Positions 29,147-39,134 of a stretch of 64,000 nt of DNA are shown in pieces. Made by a program: the position numbers and the translations under genes. Position 1 is the stretch's first letter. Every line of letters starts with the position of its first letter. A model generated the notes under the pieces. That model searched no databases and was not told where the DNA came from. It worked only from the letters and a program-made list of their open reading frames with translations. Origin of the DNA: Patescibacteria group bacterium UBA1396 (lineage in GTDB: Bacteria; Patescibacteriota; Microgenomatia; UBA1400; UBA1396); contig DBQK01000008.1 in assembly GCA_002305195.1 (NCBI GenBank), forward strand, positions 98,688-162,687. The letters run 5' to 3'.

Positions 29147-30076
29147 ATGACTAAGAATTCACCCACTAATTATCCAGTCACTTTTAGTTCAACTCAACAA
29201 GCTTGGCAACATTTATCTTCTCAAAAATCACTACCTGCTTTTACAATTATTTTTGGGCCAACAGCCAGTGGCAAATCTAGCTTAGCCTACCAACTGGCTG
29301 AATACTTCGACGCCAACATTTTATCCTTTGATTCACGGCACGTTTACCGAAAAATGAATGTGGTCACCGGCAAAGACAGACCAACTGAAACAAAAAAATG
29401 GCAGTTATTTGGCCTTGATTTGGCTGATCCTGATCAAGATTTTTCGGTTCGACACTATTACGAATATGCCAAAAAAGTAATTGAAAAACAGCGACAAAAA
29501 CAACAACCGCTCATCTTGGTTGGCGGATCCTGGCTTTACGCCAAGACGTTGCTTCAACCGCCGGACACTTTGTTTGCACCTACCAATCTAAAACTTCGCC
29601 AACAACTAAAAAAATTCAGTACTATAGAGTTGCAAACCAAGGTTCAAGCAGACAATCCAGTCGCTTGGCAAAGATTTAACAATTCCGATCGACATAATCC
29701 TAGACGATTAATTAGAGCAATCGAGACCGCTCAGCAAATCAATAAAAAATTAATCACTAAGGTAAAACCATTAATTTTTCCTAATGAATACCAATTATTT
29801 ATCATCAATCCACCTCTTGAAAAAATTGCCACAAATATTGCTGACCGGATTAAGACTAGGTTAAAGGCAGGAGCTTTAGCAGAAACAGAAAAATTATTGC
29901 AAGATTACCACGATTGGTCTAAACCTGCTTTTCAATCAACTGGTTATGCTTTGATAAAAAAATATCTTCAGCAAAACCTATCATTGGCGGAATTACAAGC
30001 AAAATGGCTTATTCAAGAGAAAAACTACGCCAAAAGGCAGCAAACTTGGATAAATAAATTGCTAGAGCAAGATTAA
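29147..30076 (+). CDS. miaA: tRNA dimethylallyltransferase
   Basis: P-loop 'GPTASGKSSLA', overall MiaA layout. Confidence 0.8.
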   Translation: MTKNSPTNYPVTFSSTQQAWQHLSSQKSLPAFTIIFGPTASGKSSLAYQLAEYFDANILSFDSRHVYRKMNVVTGKDRPTETKKWQLFGLDLADPDQDFSVRHYYEYAKKVIEKQRQKQQPLILVGGSWLYAKTLLQPPDTLFAPTNLKLRQQLKKFSTIELQTKVQADNPVAWQRFNNSDRHNPRRLIRAIETAQQINKKLITKVKPLIFPNEYQLFIINPPLEKIATNIADRIKTRLKAGALAETEKLLQDYHDWSKPAFQSTGYALIKKYLQQNLSLAELQAKWLIQEKNYAKRQQTWINKLLEQD

Positions 30077-30435
30077 CAACTCAATAATTGTTACCAATGC
30101 CAAGGTTCGAATCAAGATCAATGCCCTGGAATAACGTTCTAGACACAGTGAAAAATGGTAGTCTTCTAAGCTTTTTTGACCAATTTTTAAAGGTCGGCGA
30201 CGAACTCTTAGTAATTGAGATTTTCTCTTATTTAAGTAGATATCAAAGTGGGTTTTTGGAATTAAGGAAGCTAGTTCTAACGAACTGTTTTGAGACCTTT
30301 GCCGGTTAGTTAACCTGTCACCTGACAGGACCCCACCTTTCTAAACTATGGCCATTATAGCAATATACGTTTATATGTCAACACTTTTAAAATTACAAAA
30401 TAATTGAAAATTAACAGCTGACAGTGAGCAACCTT

Positions 30436-31056
30436 TTAATGACCAAATCGTCTAATCAAGCCAACGCATCTACCTTGAACTCTAACGTTGGTAGCATAAA
30501 TAGGAGTCATATTTGAGTTAGCTGGTTCTAATCTGATTCTGGTGGCTTCTTTAAAATATCGCTTGAGTGTGGCCAGCCCATTTTCAAGCAAAGCAACCAC
30601 AATATCACCATCGCGCACATCCTCTTGTTCCTCTATTACTACATAATCCCCGTCCAGAATGCCATCCTCAATCATTGACTCGCCCTTAACGTGCAAAACA
30701 TATGCTCGACGTTTGCCAGAAATTAATTGCGGCGATACTTTAAAGGTTGCGTTGGGATCTGGATACGGATCGATTGGTCTGCCAGCAGCAATATAGCCCA
30801 TCAGGGGTAAATCAATACCTTCTGAAATCTTTAAAAAGGTTCTATCAAGTAGCTCAATTCCTCTCACTGCACCTTCTGACCTTCGAATAACATTTTTTTT
30901 CTCAAGAGCGCCCAAGTGTTCGTGGACCGTGGCTAGTGAGGAAACACCTATGGCATCGGCAATTTCCTGTAAAGTTGGTGAGTAATTGTTAAGCTGAATA
31001 TATTGAGCTATGAAGTCAACAATTTGTCTCTGTCGTCGATACAGCGTGATGGCCAT
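30436..31056 (-). CDS. lexA: LexA repressor (wHTH + S24 peptidase)
   Basis: N-terminal LexA HTH 'PTLQEIADAIGVSSLATVHEHL', cleavage site 'AAG', 'GESMIEDGI...DGDYVV' serine-lysine dyad region. Confidence 0.85.
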   Translation of the reverse strand: MAITLYRRQRQIVDFIAQYIQLNNYSPTLQEIADAIGVSSLATVHEHLGALEKKNVIRRSEGAVRGIELLDRTFLKISEGIDLPLMGYIAAGRPIDPYPDPNATFKVSPQLISGKRRAYVLHVKGESMIEDGILDGDYVVIEEQEDVRDGDIVVALLENGLATLKRYFKEATRIRLEPANSNMTPIYATNVRVQGRCVGLIRRFGH

Positions 31057-31084
31057 GGCAGGTCTCCTTTTATGTTTGTTTGGG

Positions 31085-31097
31085 CGAACATATGCCG
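31085..31097. promoter_or_regulatory. candidate LexA operator half-match (CGAACATATGccg) in lexA-uvrB divergent intergenic region
   Basis: Matches CGAAC-N4 of the Gram-positive SOS box CGAACRNRYGTTCG; second half deviates. Confidence 0.25.
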
Positions 31098-31255
31098 AAT
31101 ACCCTTAGAATACCCAGAAAACTAACGCCCTGTAAAGCTGATCTTTATATGTCTTTTTATATCAATTACAACTATTGCTGATTTGGTTTTGTTTTGGGTG
31201 TATTTTTAACCATTTCCATACCAGTGCTTACTAATGCGCCCTGTATAATAGTGGC

Positions 31256-33421
31256 GTGTTTCAACTAGAATCTAATTATCAGGCGGCCGGCGACCAGCCG
31301 GCCGCCATCACTAATCTACTCAAAGGTTTTCAAACCGGTAGTGATAACCAAGTTTTACTTGGTGTAACCGGATCAGGCAAAACCTTCACCATGGCTAATG
31401 TGATTGCTCAACTAAAACGACCAACTTTAGTAATCGCCCATAACAAAACCCTTGCCGCCCAACTTTACCAAGAGTTCCGAGATTATTTTCCCGATAATGC
31501 AGTTAGTTATTTCGTCAGCTACTATGATTTTTATCAGCCTGAAGCATATTTAGTGTCAACCGATACTTACATCGAGAAAGAAGCCGAAATTAATGAAGAA
31601 ATCGATAAACTTAGACTAGCGGCTACGGCCAATCTGTTATCACGTCCCGATTGTATTGTCATTGCTTCGGTATCTTGTATTTATAACCTGGGTCGACCTG
31701 AGGATTTTGCCGACTTATCCTTTGAACTGGTTGAAGGCGAAGTAATCTCAAGGTTAACTATCCAGCGCCGCCTAACTCAGATGCAGTATCAGAGATCAAC
31801 AACCGATTTAAGTCGGGGCACTTGGCGACAGAGAGGTGAAACCATCCAACTCTGGCCGGCAAATGAAGAGTGGGCGCTTAATATTGTTCTTCCAGGAGAT
31901 CAAATTACCAAACTGGAAAAAATTCATCCCTTAACTGGCGAGCTTTGGCCAATTCAAGCTCAACCATTAACACCTTTTGAAAGCACTCGACATCGAATCA
32001 CAATCTATCCGGCCAAACACTACATTATCGAAGAAGATAAAACGACCGCCTTTGCTCAGATTGAAGCAGATTTACAAAAACAACTTGTTAGATTACGAGA
32101 ACAAAATAAGCTCTTAGAGGCCTATCGTCTTGAACAACGCACCTTACATGATCTGGATATGCTTAAAGAAGTTGGTTATGTTAACGGCATTGAAAATTAC
32201 TCGCGCTACTTTGACGGTCGAAAGCCCGGTGACCCTCCCTTCTCCTTAATCAATTATCTTAATTACAACGCCAAAAAATTCGGTGATGGTCGCTGGCTAA
32301 CCATCGTTGATGAAAGTCATATGACCATCCCCCAAATCAGAGGTATGTACCACGGAGATTTTAGTCGTAAGCAAACTCTGGTAGATTATGGCTTCAGATT
32401 GCCCGCTGCTCTAGACAATCGACCATTGCGCTTTGACGAATTTATCAGCAAGATCGATCAGGCATTATTTGTTTCGGCTACTCCCTCCGAGTGGGAAATT
32501 GATTACTCAAAAAATCAGGTTATTGAACAGATTGTCAGACCAACTGGGTTGATCGATCCACCAGTTGAGGTTCGACCAACCCAAAAGCAAATCCCTGATT
32601 TAGTTAATGAAATTGTGATGAGACAAAAACGAGGACAGCGAACCTTGGTAACTACTTTAACCAAAAAAATGGCCGAAGTACTAACGGACTATCTGAATAG
32701 CCAAGAAAAAGTAAATCGATTATTGAAAAAACACGGCTATCAACCTGTGGAAACACTACCTAAAGCACAATATCTACATTCAGACGTTGAAACTCTGGAA
32801 CGCAGTGATATTCTTGATGATCTACGATTAGGCACTTATGACGTTGTGATCGGAGTTAACCTACTACGTGAAGGCTTAGATTTACCAGAAGTAACTCTGG
32901 TTGCTATCTTGGATGCTGATCAGGAAGGTTTCCTACGCTCACAGCAGGCACTAATTCAAACAATGGGGCGCGCCGCGCGACACCTGGACGGCCAGGTCAT
33001 TATGTACGCCGACAAAATAACCAAATCAATGAAAGCGGCTATGGATGAAGTCGCGCGGCGGCGCCAAATCCAACAAGACTTTAACCAAAAACATAATATT
33101 AACCCAACTACCATCGCCAAACCGGTAAGAAAAAAGCTTATTCAGATTGAAAGAAAAACCGAGCTGCCAGGCGTTAAAAATCGATCCAATAATCTGGATA
33201 AATTAAAATCAAGTAGACCAACAAAGCATCAAACGATCGTGGCTCTCAACAAAAAAACGAGCGTAGTCTTGGAAGAGCTTGAGCCAAATTCTCTCACTCC
33301 CCAAGATAAACAAAAACTAATCAAACAGCTTAATCGCTCAATGCTAAGCGCTGCTAAAGAATGGAATTTTGAACTGGCGGCTCAAATAAGAGATACTGTA
33401 ACCGAACTAGAAAATAAATAA
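31256..33421 (+). CDS. uvrB: excinuclease ABC subunit B (GTG start)
   Basis: 'GSGKTFTMANVI', helicase motifs, 'MGRAARH', C-terminal UvrB/UvrC interaction helix. Confidence 0.9.
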   Translation: MFQLESNYQAAGDQPAAITNLLKGFQTGSDNQVLLGVTGSGKTFTMANVIAQLKRPTLVIAHNKTLAAQLYQEFRDYFPDNAVSYFVSYYDFYQPEAYLVSTDTYIEKEAEINEEIDKLRLAATANLLSRPDCIVIASVSCIYNLGRPEDFADLSFELVEGEVISRLTIQRRLTQMQYQRSTTDLSRGTWRQRGETIQLWPANEEWALNIVLPGDQITKLEKIHPLTGELWPIQAQPLTPFESTRHRITIYPAKHYIIEEDKTTAFAQIEADLQKQLVRLREQNKLLEAYRLEQRTLHDLDMLKEVGYVNGIENYSRYFDGRKPGDPPFSLINYLNYNAKKFGDGRWLTIVDESHMTIPQIRGMYHGDFSRKQTLVDYGFRLPAALDNRPLRFDEFISKIDQALFVSATPSEWEIDYSKNQVIEQIVRPTGLIDPPVEVRPTQKQIPDLVNEIVMRQKRGQRTLVTTLTKKMAEVLTDYLNSQEKVNRLLKKHGYQPVETLPKAQYLHSDVETLERSDILDDLRLGTYDVVIGVNLLREGLDLPEVTLVAILDADQEGFLRSQQALIQTMGRAARHLDGQVIMYADKITKSMKAAMDEVARRRQIQQDFNQKHNINPTTIAKPVRKKLIQIERKTELPGVKNRSNNLDKLKSSRPTKHQTIVALNKKTSVVLEELEPNSLTPQDKQKLIKQLNRSMLSAAKEWNFELAAQIRDTVTELENK
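31282..31306. repeat. GC-rich inverted repeat (ggcggccgg-N7-ccggccgcc) in uvrB codons for 'AAGDQPAAI'
   Basis: 9-bp perfect arms. Confidence 0.8.
32967..33065. repeat. imperfect GC-rich inverted repeat (ggcgcgccgcgcgac ... gtcgcgcggcggcgcc) plus inner hairpin acctgg-acggc-ccaggt, inside uvrB
   Basis: 15/16-nt arms differ by one indel. Confidence 0.6.
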
Positions 33422-33426
33422 TCTAT

Positions 33427-33744
33427 CTAACGATGCTGATATCTTCTGAATCTTGCCGATTTTTTAAACTCAAATTTACCAGTAAACATATTGAAACTAA
33501 CCATCCAATCCTCTTGATGATATCTAGATATTATCAATTCTACAATTTTTAACCAATATTTATCCCTCTCGTCTGGAGACATTTTTTTAAAATATGAAGA
33601 AAAATCTAATTCTATGGTCTGAGAATCACGTCTCGGCAGTGCTTTTCTTACTAATTCTTGATCAATAAAATCTTCAATTTCTTTGAGAATGGACTTTGCC
33701 TCCTCGGGACATGTATTCTCTGCTTCATCACGACTTATTACCAT
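33427..33744 (-). CDS. small acidic hypothetical protein, paralog A of tandem pair
   Basis: Shares 'RDEAENTCPEEAK..IEDFIDQ' and 'ISRYHQEDWMVSF' blocks with upstream paralog. Confidence 0.5.
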   Translation of the reverse strand: MVISRDEAENTCPEEAKSILKEIEDFIDQELVRKALPRRDSQTIELDFSSYFKKMSPDERDKYWLKIVELIISRYHQEDWMVSFNMFTGKFEFKKSARFRRYQHR

Positions 33745-33792
33745 CTTAATCCTCTCTAAAATACTTGGTATGATTGGTGATAAGTAACATTA

Positions 33793-34098
33793 TTAACGTA
33801 TCCGTGAGCTATCATCAAATGAACTTTTAACAAAAATAAACGTTTTATCGTGATAGGTGACACTCCATCCTTCTGTATTATATCTATCAATAAGCAATGC
33901 AATAACTTTTAAACGGGACTGGGGTCTTATTTCCATAATTATTTCCGAAATATCAATAAGAATATGCTGATCATCAACATCCGGTAATTTTTCTTCTATT
34001 AATGTTTGATCGATCATTGCTTCAATACGACTCAGAGTTGGTTCCGCGTCCATCGGACATCTACTTTCTGCATCTGCAGGACCTATTACCATTTTCAA
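33793..34098 (-). CDS. small acidic hypothetical protein, paralog B of tandem pair
   Basis: 'ADAESRCPMDAEP..IEAMIDQ', 'LIDRYNTEGWSVTY'. Confidence 0.5.
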   Translation of the reverse strand: MKMVIGPADAESRCPMDAEPTLSRIEAMIDQTLIEEKLPDVDDQHILIDISEIIMEIRPQSRLKVIALLIDRYNTEGWSVTYHDKTFIFVKSSFDDSSRIR

Positions 34099-34145
34099 TC
34101 CTCTCTAAAAAATATAAAAAAGATTATAACACTAACAATAAGAAT

Positions 34146-34337
34146 CTACTTCAGCTTTTCAACTTCTTTGTGTAAAACGTGCTTGCGAACAATTGGATCG
34201 TACTTCATTAGCTCTAACTTACCCTTGCCCTTTTCACGCTGGTTGCGCTTATTACGACTAGTATAGTGAGTGATATGACCAGAAACAGTCGACTTTAATG
34301 CCACTGGTTGTCGAGGTCCTTTTTTTGCTTTTCCCAT
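34146..34337 (-). CDS. rpmG: 50S ribosomal protein L33
   Basis: 'GHITHYTSRNKRNQ...KLELMKYDPIVRKHVLHKE' matches L33 'HFYTTTKNKR...LELKKFDPVVRQHV'. Confidence 0.7.
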   Translation of the reverse strand: MGKAKKGPRQPVALKSTVSGHITHYTSRNKRNQREKGKGKLELMKYDPIVRKHVLHKEVEKLK

Positions 34338-34429
34338 AGTTATCTTTCAGAAAATCAGATTATAACACAATGTTGAACACAAATCCCTGGTTATAAAAGG
34401 TTAAAAAGGTCAAAAGCTAGCTTCATTTA

Positions 34430-34933
34430 TTATCTTGTTTTGGCTTTCGGATTTTTCATTAGTGCCTGAAGTCTTTCAGCCACGTATCTTCCAACAATAA
34501 TTTCCCTATATCTTGAGGCCAAATATTCAGCGGGGTGTGGCTGCTCCTTATTTCCATCCTCCCATTGCTTAACTAATAAATTAAAATGAAAAATTTCACT
34601 CTCTGGAACTCGGTACTCCACGAGCATCTCCTCACCATTTACCAGGGCTTTAAAACAATAACAATATTTAAGTGAGTCTCCACCTCTATTTTCTTGATTG
34701 GAAAGTGGGATGGTCAAAACTCTGACGTCTTTTTGTCTTTTGGATTTTTTAAATTCGTCTGGGGTTATTATTTGTATAGTAGTAGCAAGTTCGTCTACTT
34801 CCGCTCTATTCAAATTTTGAAGATGTAAACGTTTTGGTCTGTGGACGACACTCTCAGCAGTTTCCTGAATTCTTGCTGCAACACCTTTAAACATATTTAT
34901 ACCCTCTGTTAGTATTTGATCTAATTTTATCAC
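34430..34933 (-). CDS. hypothetical protein
   Basis: 167-aa ORF, no family recognised. Confidence 0.35.
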   Translation of the reverse strand: MIKLDQILTEGINMFKGVAARIQETAESVVHRPKRLHLQNLNRAEVDELATTIQIITPDEFKKSKRQKDVRVLTIPLSNQENRGGDSLKYCYCFKALVNGEEMLVEYRVPESEIFHFNLLVKQWEDGNKEQPHPAEYLASRYREIIVGRYVAERLQALMKNPKAKTR

Positions 34934-35035
34934 GTTAAATTTAATAATGATTCATTAATCAAAAAAAATTAAAGTTCAAAAATAAAAAACAAAACAAACT
35001 GAGCGAGACCGTTTGATTTTGGGCGAAACAAACTG

Positions 35036-35108
35036 AGCCGCCAGGGGGACTCGAACCCTCGACCTATGCTTTACAAAAGCACCGCTCTACCAACTGAGCT
35101 ATGGCGGC
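35036..35108 (-). tRNA. tRNA-Thr (anticodon UGU)
   Basis: Reverse complement reads GCCGCCATAGCTCAGTTGGTAGAGCGGTGCTTTTGTAAAGCA...GGTTCGAGTCCCCCTGGCGGCT; anticodon loop TTTGTAA; no encoded CCA. Confidence 0.8.
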
Positions 35109-35173
35109 AACTGTTTAGAACAGAAAAATTATATCAGTAAAATCGGCCAACAATAGACAAATACTTATATTCA

Positions 35174-36139
35174 CTATTCGAGCTTTTCAACTCGAATTAC
35201 TTCTAAATTAAGCTTAACCGGCTTACCGAACTGATTTGTTAGCTCTGTTTCTAGATTTGACAGTGTGGGTAACTCTGCCAGCTGAGGCACCTTAACCACT
35301 ACCTGCATAACCAACTCCGGCTCATCTGTCACTACCTCTAATTGTTGAACATCTGATTTACTGCTAAGTGATAATTGCTGTACCAGGCCCTGTTTAGCCA
35401 CTTCTTGCCAGTGAGTTGCTTGGTATGACTGCCAGAAAGCTACTGATAGCAAAACCGCCAACACAAGCACAAATAAGGCTGATAAAACACCGCCCCACAA
35501 AGCAACATTTTTCTTTTCTTCCTGATGACTAAATCTTTGATAAAACCAAAGAACAATCAGGCCAGAAAAAATAATCGCAGCCATATTTGCAAAAAACAAA
35601 ACCGTGGCTCCTAGTGCGATGGGCCACCAACCAAGTGAAACTGACAAACCGGCTACGCACAAAGGGGGCAATAAGGCTACTGCCACGGCCACACCAGCAA
35701 GTCCCTCCGGCACGTCTTTATTTAGATAGGCAAACATTGCTGCAAAGCCTGCTATTAACGCAATAATTAAATCAACCACGGTTGGTTGGGCACGAGCGAT
35801 GATTTCATCAGGTAAACCAACTACCGGCACTAACCTGCCTAAAATAGAACTGGTAATAAAAATCAGCAAAATACTCATCGAGAGATTGCTGGTAGAACGA
35901 CCTATTGCCCGCAAATCACCTCTTGCTATCCCAACCGATAATGATGATAAAGGAATCATTAACGGGGCTAAAATCATTGCCCCAATGATAACGTTGGCGT
36001 TGTCAATCAAAAGCCCTAACGTCGCCAAAGCAGTTGAAAAAAATAGAATCCAGTAGTAACTGGCCGAACCCTTATCCTGTTCGATCAAATCAGTTTCATC
36101 TCGCTGATTCAAGTGCCACCAACGATTAATCCAACCCAT
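35174..36139 (-). CDS. integral membrane protein (DUF389-like)
   Basis: 'IGAMILAPLMIPL' motif, ~8 TM. Confidence 0.45.
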   Translation of the reverse strand: MGWINRWWHLNQRDETDLIEQDKGSASYYWILFFSTALATLGLLIDNANVIIGAMILAPLMIPLSSLSVGIARGDLRAIGRSTSNLSMSILLIFITSSILGRLVPVVGLPDEIIARAQPTVVDLIIALIAGFAAMFAYLNKDVPEGLAGVAVAVALLPPLCVAGLSVSLGWWPIALGATVLFFANMAAIIFSGLIVLWFYQRFSHQEEKKNVALWGGVLSALFVLVLAVLLSVAFWQSYQATHWQEVAKQGLVQQLSLSSKSDVQQLEVVTDEPELVMQVVVKVPQLAELPTLSNLETELTNQFGKPVKLNLEVIRVEKLE

Positions 36140-36182
36140 AATTTTTCTTGTTTTTTAGTAAGTCGTTTGTCATCAGGTACTT

Positions 36183-37028
36183 CTATTCTTCTGTTCCACT
36201 AGTGGTTGAATTAGCAGCTGGTTCTGTTTCTGCTGCCACGTAGGCTAGATACCAAGGTCCTTGAGCAGTGGCTACTTTCTCAGAAACTTCTGTCTCCAGC
36301 TTGACCCATTGCTCGCCGTCCCAACCGAAAATGCTGGCGGCAGATGAATCTGCATTTAATCTGATAGCAACCTCAACCTGGTTAATCGAGGTAGTAGTGC
36401 CCTCAACGCTGGGCGCATATGGAGCTGACAGTAATTCATACGCCAGCTCTTCCGGCAACCCTGGAGATTGCAAAATAATGCCATACTTAATTCTAGCCAA
36501 ACCAGCTGATTCTAGGGAAAATTTACCATCTCGAGAACTGAAAAGAGTTTCCTGATCGGTATTGTCTATAAATGCCCAATCATTTTTCAGAACATATTTT
36601 TCCTCGCCCAAAAAGCGCAATAACAAACTGCCACCTTTGACATCTTCGTGATAACTGCATTTTCCACCGGCACTACAACTACCGAGTAGAATATCGGTTC
36701 TTTCAGGTAATTTTTGCAACTTAAAGATTCCTATTGCGCCTTGTAATAAAGAGCCTGATTGATATTCAAGTTCAATTTCGGCTTCATCGGCTGGTTTTTT
36801 TAAATCATAAAGGGTAATGGTAAGATTCCTGCCCTGTTGACTAGGTGTCAAAGTTACAAACGGACGCTGATTAATGGGAATGGTGTTAACTTCTTCAGGA
36901 GGTAAAAAGACTTGTTCATCTTCAATTTCTGAGCTGCGATTGTGCCAGTTAAACCACACCAAACCGACAACAACTGCCAAAACAAGTAGTAAACCTGCGC
37001 CAACCAAAAACCAACGATTTTTTTTCAT
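36183..37028 (-). CDS. membrane-anchored extracytoplasmic hypothetical protein
   Basis: N-terminal TM 'WFLVGAGLLLVLAVVVGLVWF'. Confidence 0.45.
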   Translation of the reverse strand: MKKNRWFLVGAGLLLVLAVVVGLVWFNWHNRSSEIEDEQVFLPPEEVNTIPINQRPFVTLTPSQQGRNLTITLYDLKKPADEAEIELEYQSGSLLQGAIGIFKLQKLPERTDILLGSCSAGGKCSYHEDVKGGSLLLRFLGEEKYVLKNDWAFIDNTDQETLFSSRDGKFSLESAGLARIKYGIILQSPGLPEELAYELLSAPYAPSVEGTTTSINQVEVAIRLNADSSAASIFGWDGEQWVKLETEVSEKVATAQGPWYLAYVAAETEPAANSTTSGTEE

Positions 37029-37082
37029 TAGTTAATGATACTGGAGGATAGTTGGCTGGACAAGAGTTTTGCCGACAAAAAG

Positions 37083-37493
37083 TTAACTACCATTTAATTG
37101 TGGTTCAAAGTCTTGTAAAAATTGGGTTAAGCCTTCTCTAATTAGCCTAACTTCATTTTTATCAAAGGAGTCCATAGAAACATGATTGGAAACTAGATAA
37201 ATATGAACACATTTCTTTGAGCGACTAGCTGCTATCTCTATTCTAAGCGGTAAGGCTGAGTTTGGCGTTTTAACATCAAATACCGCTCGCGGATCTCCAA
37301 GAAAACTAGACCTAGCTTCAATCTTCAGCTCTTGAGATCTTTCAGATAAAGCCTCTCTTAACTGCCTAACCATTTCCTCTGGAGAGATACCATATGTTTC
37401 ACAATCTATTTTGTACTTTTGATCAGGAGATCTGCCTATATGACGAGCGTCAATTTCTACTACAGATGGATCTAGTGTTGTATATTCAACCAT
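37083..37493 (-). CDS. hypothetical protein
   Basis: 136-aa ORF. Confidence 0.35.
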   Translation of the reverse strand: MVEYTTLDPSVVEIDARHIGRSPDQKYKIDCETYGISPEEMVRQLREALSERSQELKIEARSSFLGDPRAVFDVKTPNSALPLRIEIAASRSKKCVHIYLVSNHVSMDSFDKNEVRLIREGLTQFLQDFEPQLNGS

Positions 37494-37503
37494 TTCGCTA
37501 CTT

Positions 37504-38904
37504 CTAGGCAGCTAATTCTGCCAACAAATCATGAATTTTAACTCTAGCTTGCTTGGTGGTATCACGCTGGCGGATAGTCACTGTATCGTCCTCAAGGGTT
37601 TGAAAATCAACGGTTACGCCATAAGGTGTGCCGATTTCGTCCTGACTTAGATAGCGTTTACCGATATTGCCTCGGTCATCCCAAGTGGTGGGCATCGCTG
37701 ACTGAACTAATTTAAACACAGATTCGGCTTTAGCGACTAGTTCAGGTCTATTGCGAAGCAAGGGAAAAACAGCCGCTTTATAAGGAGCTAGATGATATGG
37801 TAATTTCAAAACTAAGCGATCATTAGCCTCATCCTGCCATAGAAACTCCAGCAAAACCATTAAAAGTAGACGGTTTATACCCACAGCTGGCTCGATAACA
37901 TGGGGAATATATTTGCGACCATCACTTGAGTCGGTTACTCGCAGGTCCTGACCAGAATACTCCATATGTTGCTTAAGATCATAATCAGTGCGATAAGCCA
38001 ATCCCCAGAGTTCTTTAAACCCAAACGGGAAATTATACTCTAAATCAACGGTTCGTAAGCTATAGTGTGATCTTTCCTCATCTGTATGCTCTCGCCAGCG
38101 AAGATTATTCTTGCCGATGCCCAACTGGATAGTAACAAACTGCCACATTGCCTCCTGCCAATTATCAAAAAGTTCTTCCCAATTACTATTTTGTGGATCA
38201 AAAAAATATTCAATCTCGGCTTGTTCGAATTCCAAAGTTCGAAAAATAAAGTTTCCTAGTGTAATTTCATTGCGAAAACTCTTGCCTATTTGGCCGATTC
38301 CAAAAGGCAACTTAACTCGAGTAGAATCGAGAATATTTTTAAAACTTAAAAAGATCCCCTGGGCCGTTTCACCTCGCAAATAAGCCTTAGATTCTGACTC
38401 AGGCACAATCCCAATACTAGTTTCAAATAATAAGTTAAATTTTCTAACCGGGGTCCATTGAAACTCACCACAGGAGGGACAAGCAATTTGCTCTTTTTCA
38501 ATAATTTTTTGAAGCTCCTCGATGGGCAAACCCTCAACTAATTTTGGTTCTTGCTTTTGAGCGTAGTAGTTTTCGATCAAGTGATCGGCTCTGGTTCGAC
38601 GTTGGCAATTTTTGCAATCAACTAGAGGATCGCTAAAACTATTGATATGACCGGAGGCTTCCCAGGTTTTGGGGTGAACAATAATTGAACTATCTAGACC
38701 CAACATATCAATTCGATCGTGAATAAAGGTTTTCCACCAGAGATTTTTAATGTTGCGCTTTAACTCAACCCCTAAGGGACCATATTCATACGCATTAGCT
38801 AATCCCCCATAAATCTCTGAGGAGGGAAAAATAAAACCACGCCGCTTGCAAAGAGCCACCACCTGAGTCATTAAATCATTTTCGTTCATACACTTGGCTT
38901 CCAA
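37504..38904 (-). CDS. glyS: glycine--tRNA ligase (class II, alpha2 archaeal/eukaryote-like type)
   Basis: 'RRGFIFPSSEIYGGLANAYEYGPLGVELKRNI', class II motifs, C-terminal anticodon-binding domain. Confidence 0.85.
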   Translation of the reverse strand: MEAKCMNENDLMTQVVALCKRRGFIFPSSEIYGGLANAYEYGPLGVELKRNIKNLWWKTFIHDRIDMLGLDSSIIVHPKTWEASGHINSFSDPLVDCKNCQRRTRADHLIENYYAQKQEPKLVEGLPIEELQKIIEKEQIACPSCGEFQWTPVRKFNLLFETSIGIVPESESKAYLRGETAQGIFLSFKNILDSTRVKLPFGIGQIGKSFRNEITLGNFIFRTLEFEQAEIEYFFDPQNSNWEELFDNWQEAMWQFVTIQLGIGKNNLRWREHTDEERSHYSLRTVDLEYNFPFGFKELWGLAYRTDYDLKQHMEYSGQDLRVTDSSDGRKYIPHVIEPAVGINRLLLMVLLEFLWQDEANDRLVLKLPYHLAPYKAAVFPLLRNRPELVAKAESVFKLVQSAMPTTWDDRGNIGKRYLSQDEIGTPYGVTVDFQTLEDDTVTIRQRDTTKQARVKIHDLLAELAA

Positions 38905-38925
38905 TCTTGGTAAAGAATTGTTAAA

Positions 38926-39114
38926 TTACGATTTTTGTCCTAATAATTTAATTTCCACCTGATCCCATTCCTTAGTTTCGTAACGAAGCTTGGTTTCAAT
39001 TGTTTTTTCCAGAGCTTCCCAACGACTAGGTGCTTCCACCTGATAATCACTAACAAAGCTGCCCTGATTTTTCCAAATTATCTGGTATCGATAAATCTGC
39101 ATTTTTGTCCTCAA
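38926..39114 (-). CDS. small hypothetical protein
   Basis: 62-aa ORF tightly packed between glyS and recO-like gene. Confidence 0.3.
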   Translation of the reverse strand: MRTKMQIYRYQIIWKNQGSFVSDYQVEAPSRWEALEKTIETKLRYETKEWDQVEIKLLGQKS

Positions 39115-39134
39115 TGTTTTTTGTAGTCAGGTCA

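Noticed and set aside
30088-30309. 73-aa ORF in the miaA-lexA intergenic region
   Set aside because: No RBS, odd composition, no similarity; likely non-coding spacer.
30314-30329. CTGT-N6-ACAG palindrome (cctgtcacctgacagg) resembling an E. coli-type LexA box
   Set aside because: Spacer is 6 not 8 nt and it lies downstream of lexA's 3' end and far from any promoter; more likely a short hairpin or terminator-like element.
31244-31249. TATAAT as the uvrB -10 promoter element
   Set aside because: Only 6 nt before the GTG start with no room for an RBS; a leaderless transcript with a GTG start is unlikely, so probably a chance AT-rich hexamer.
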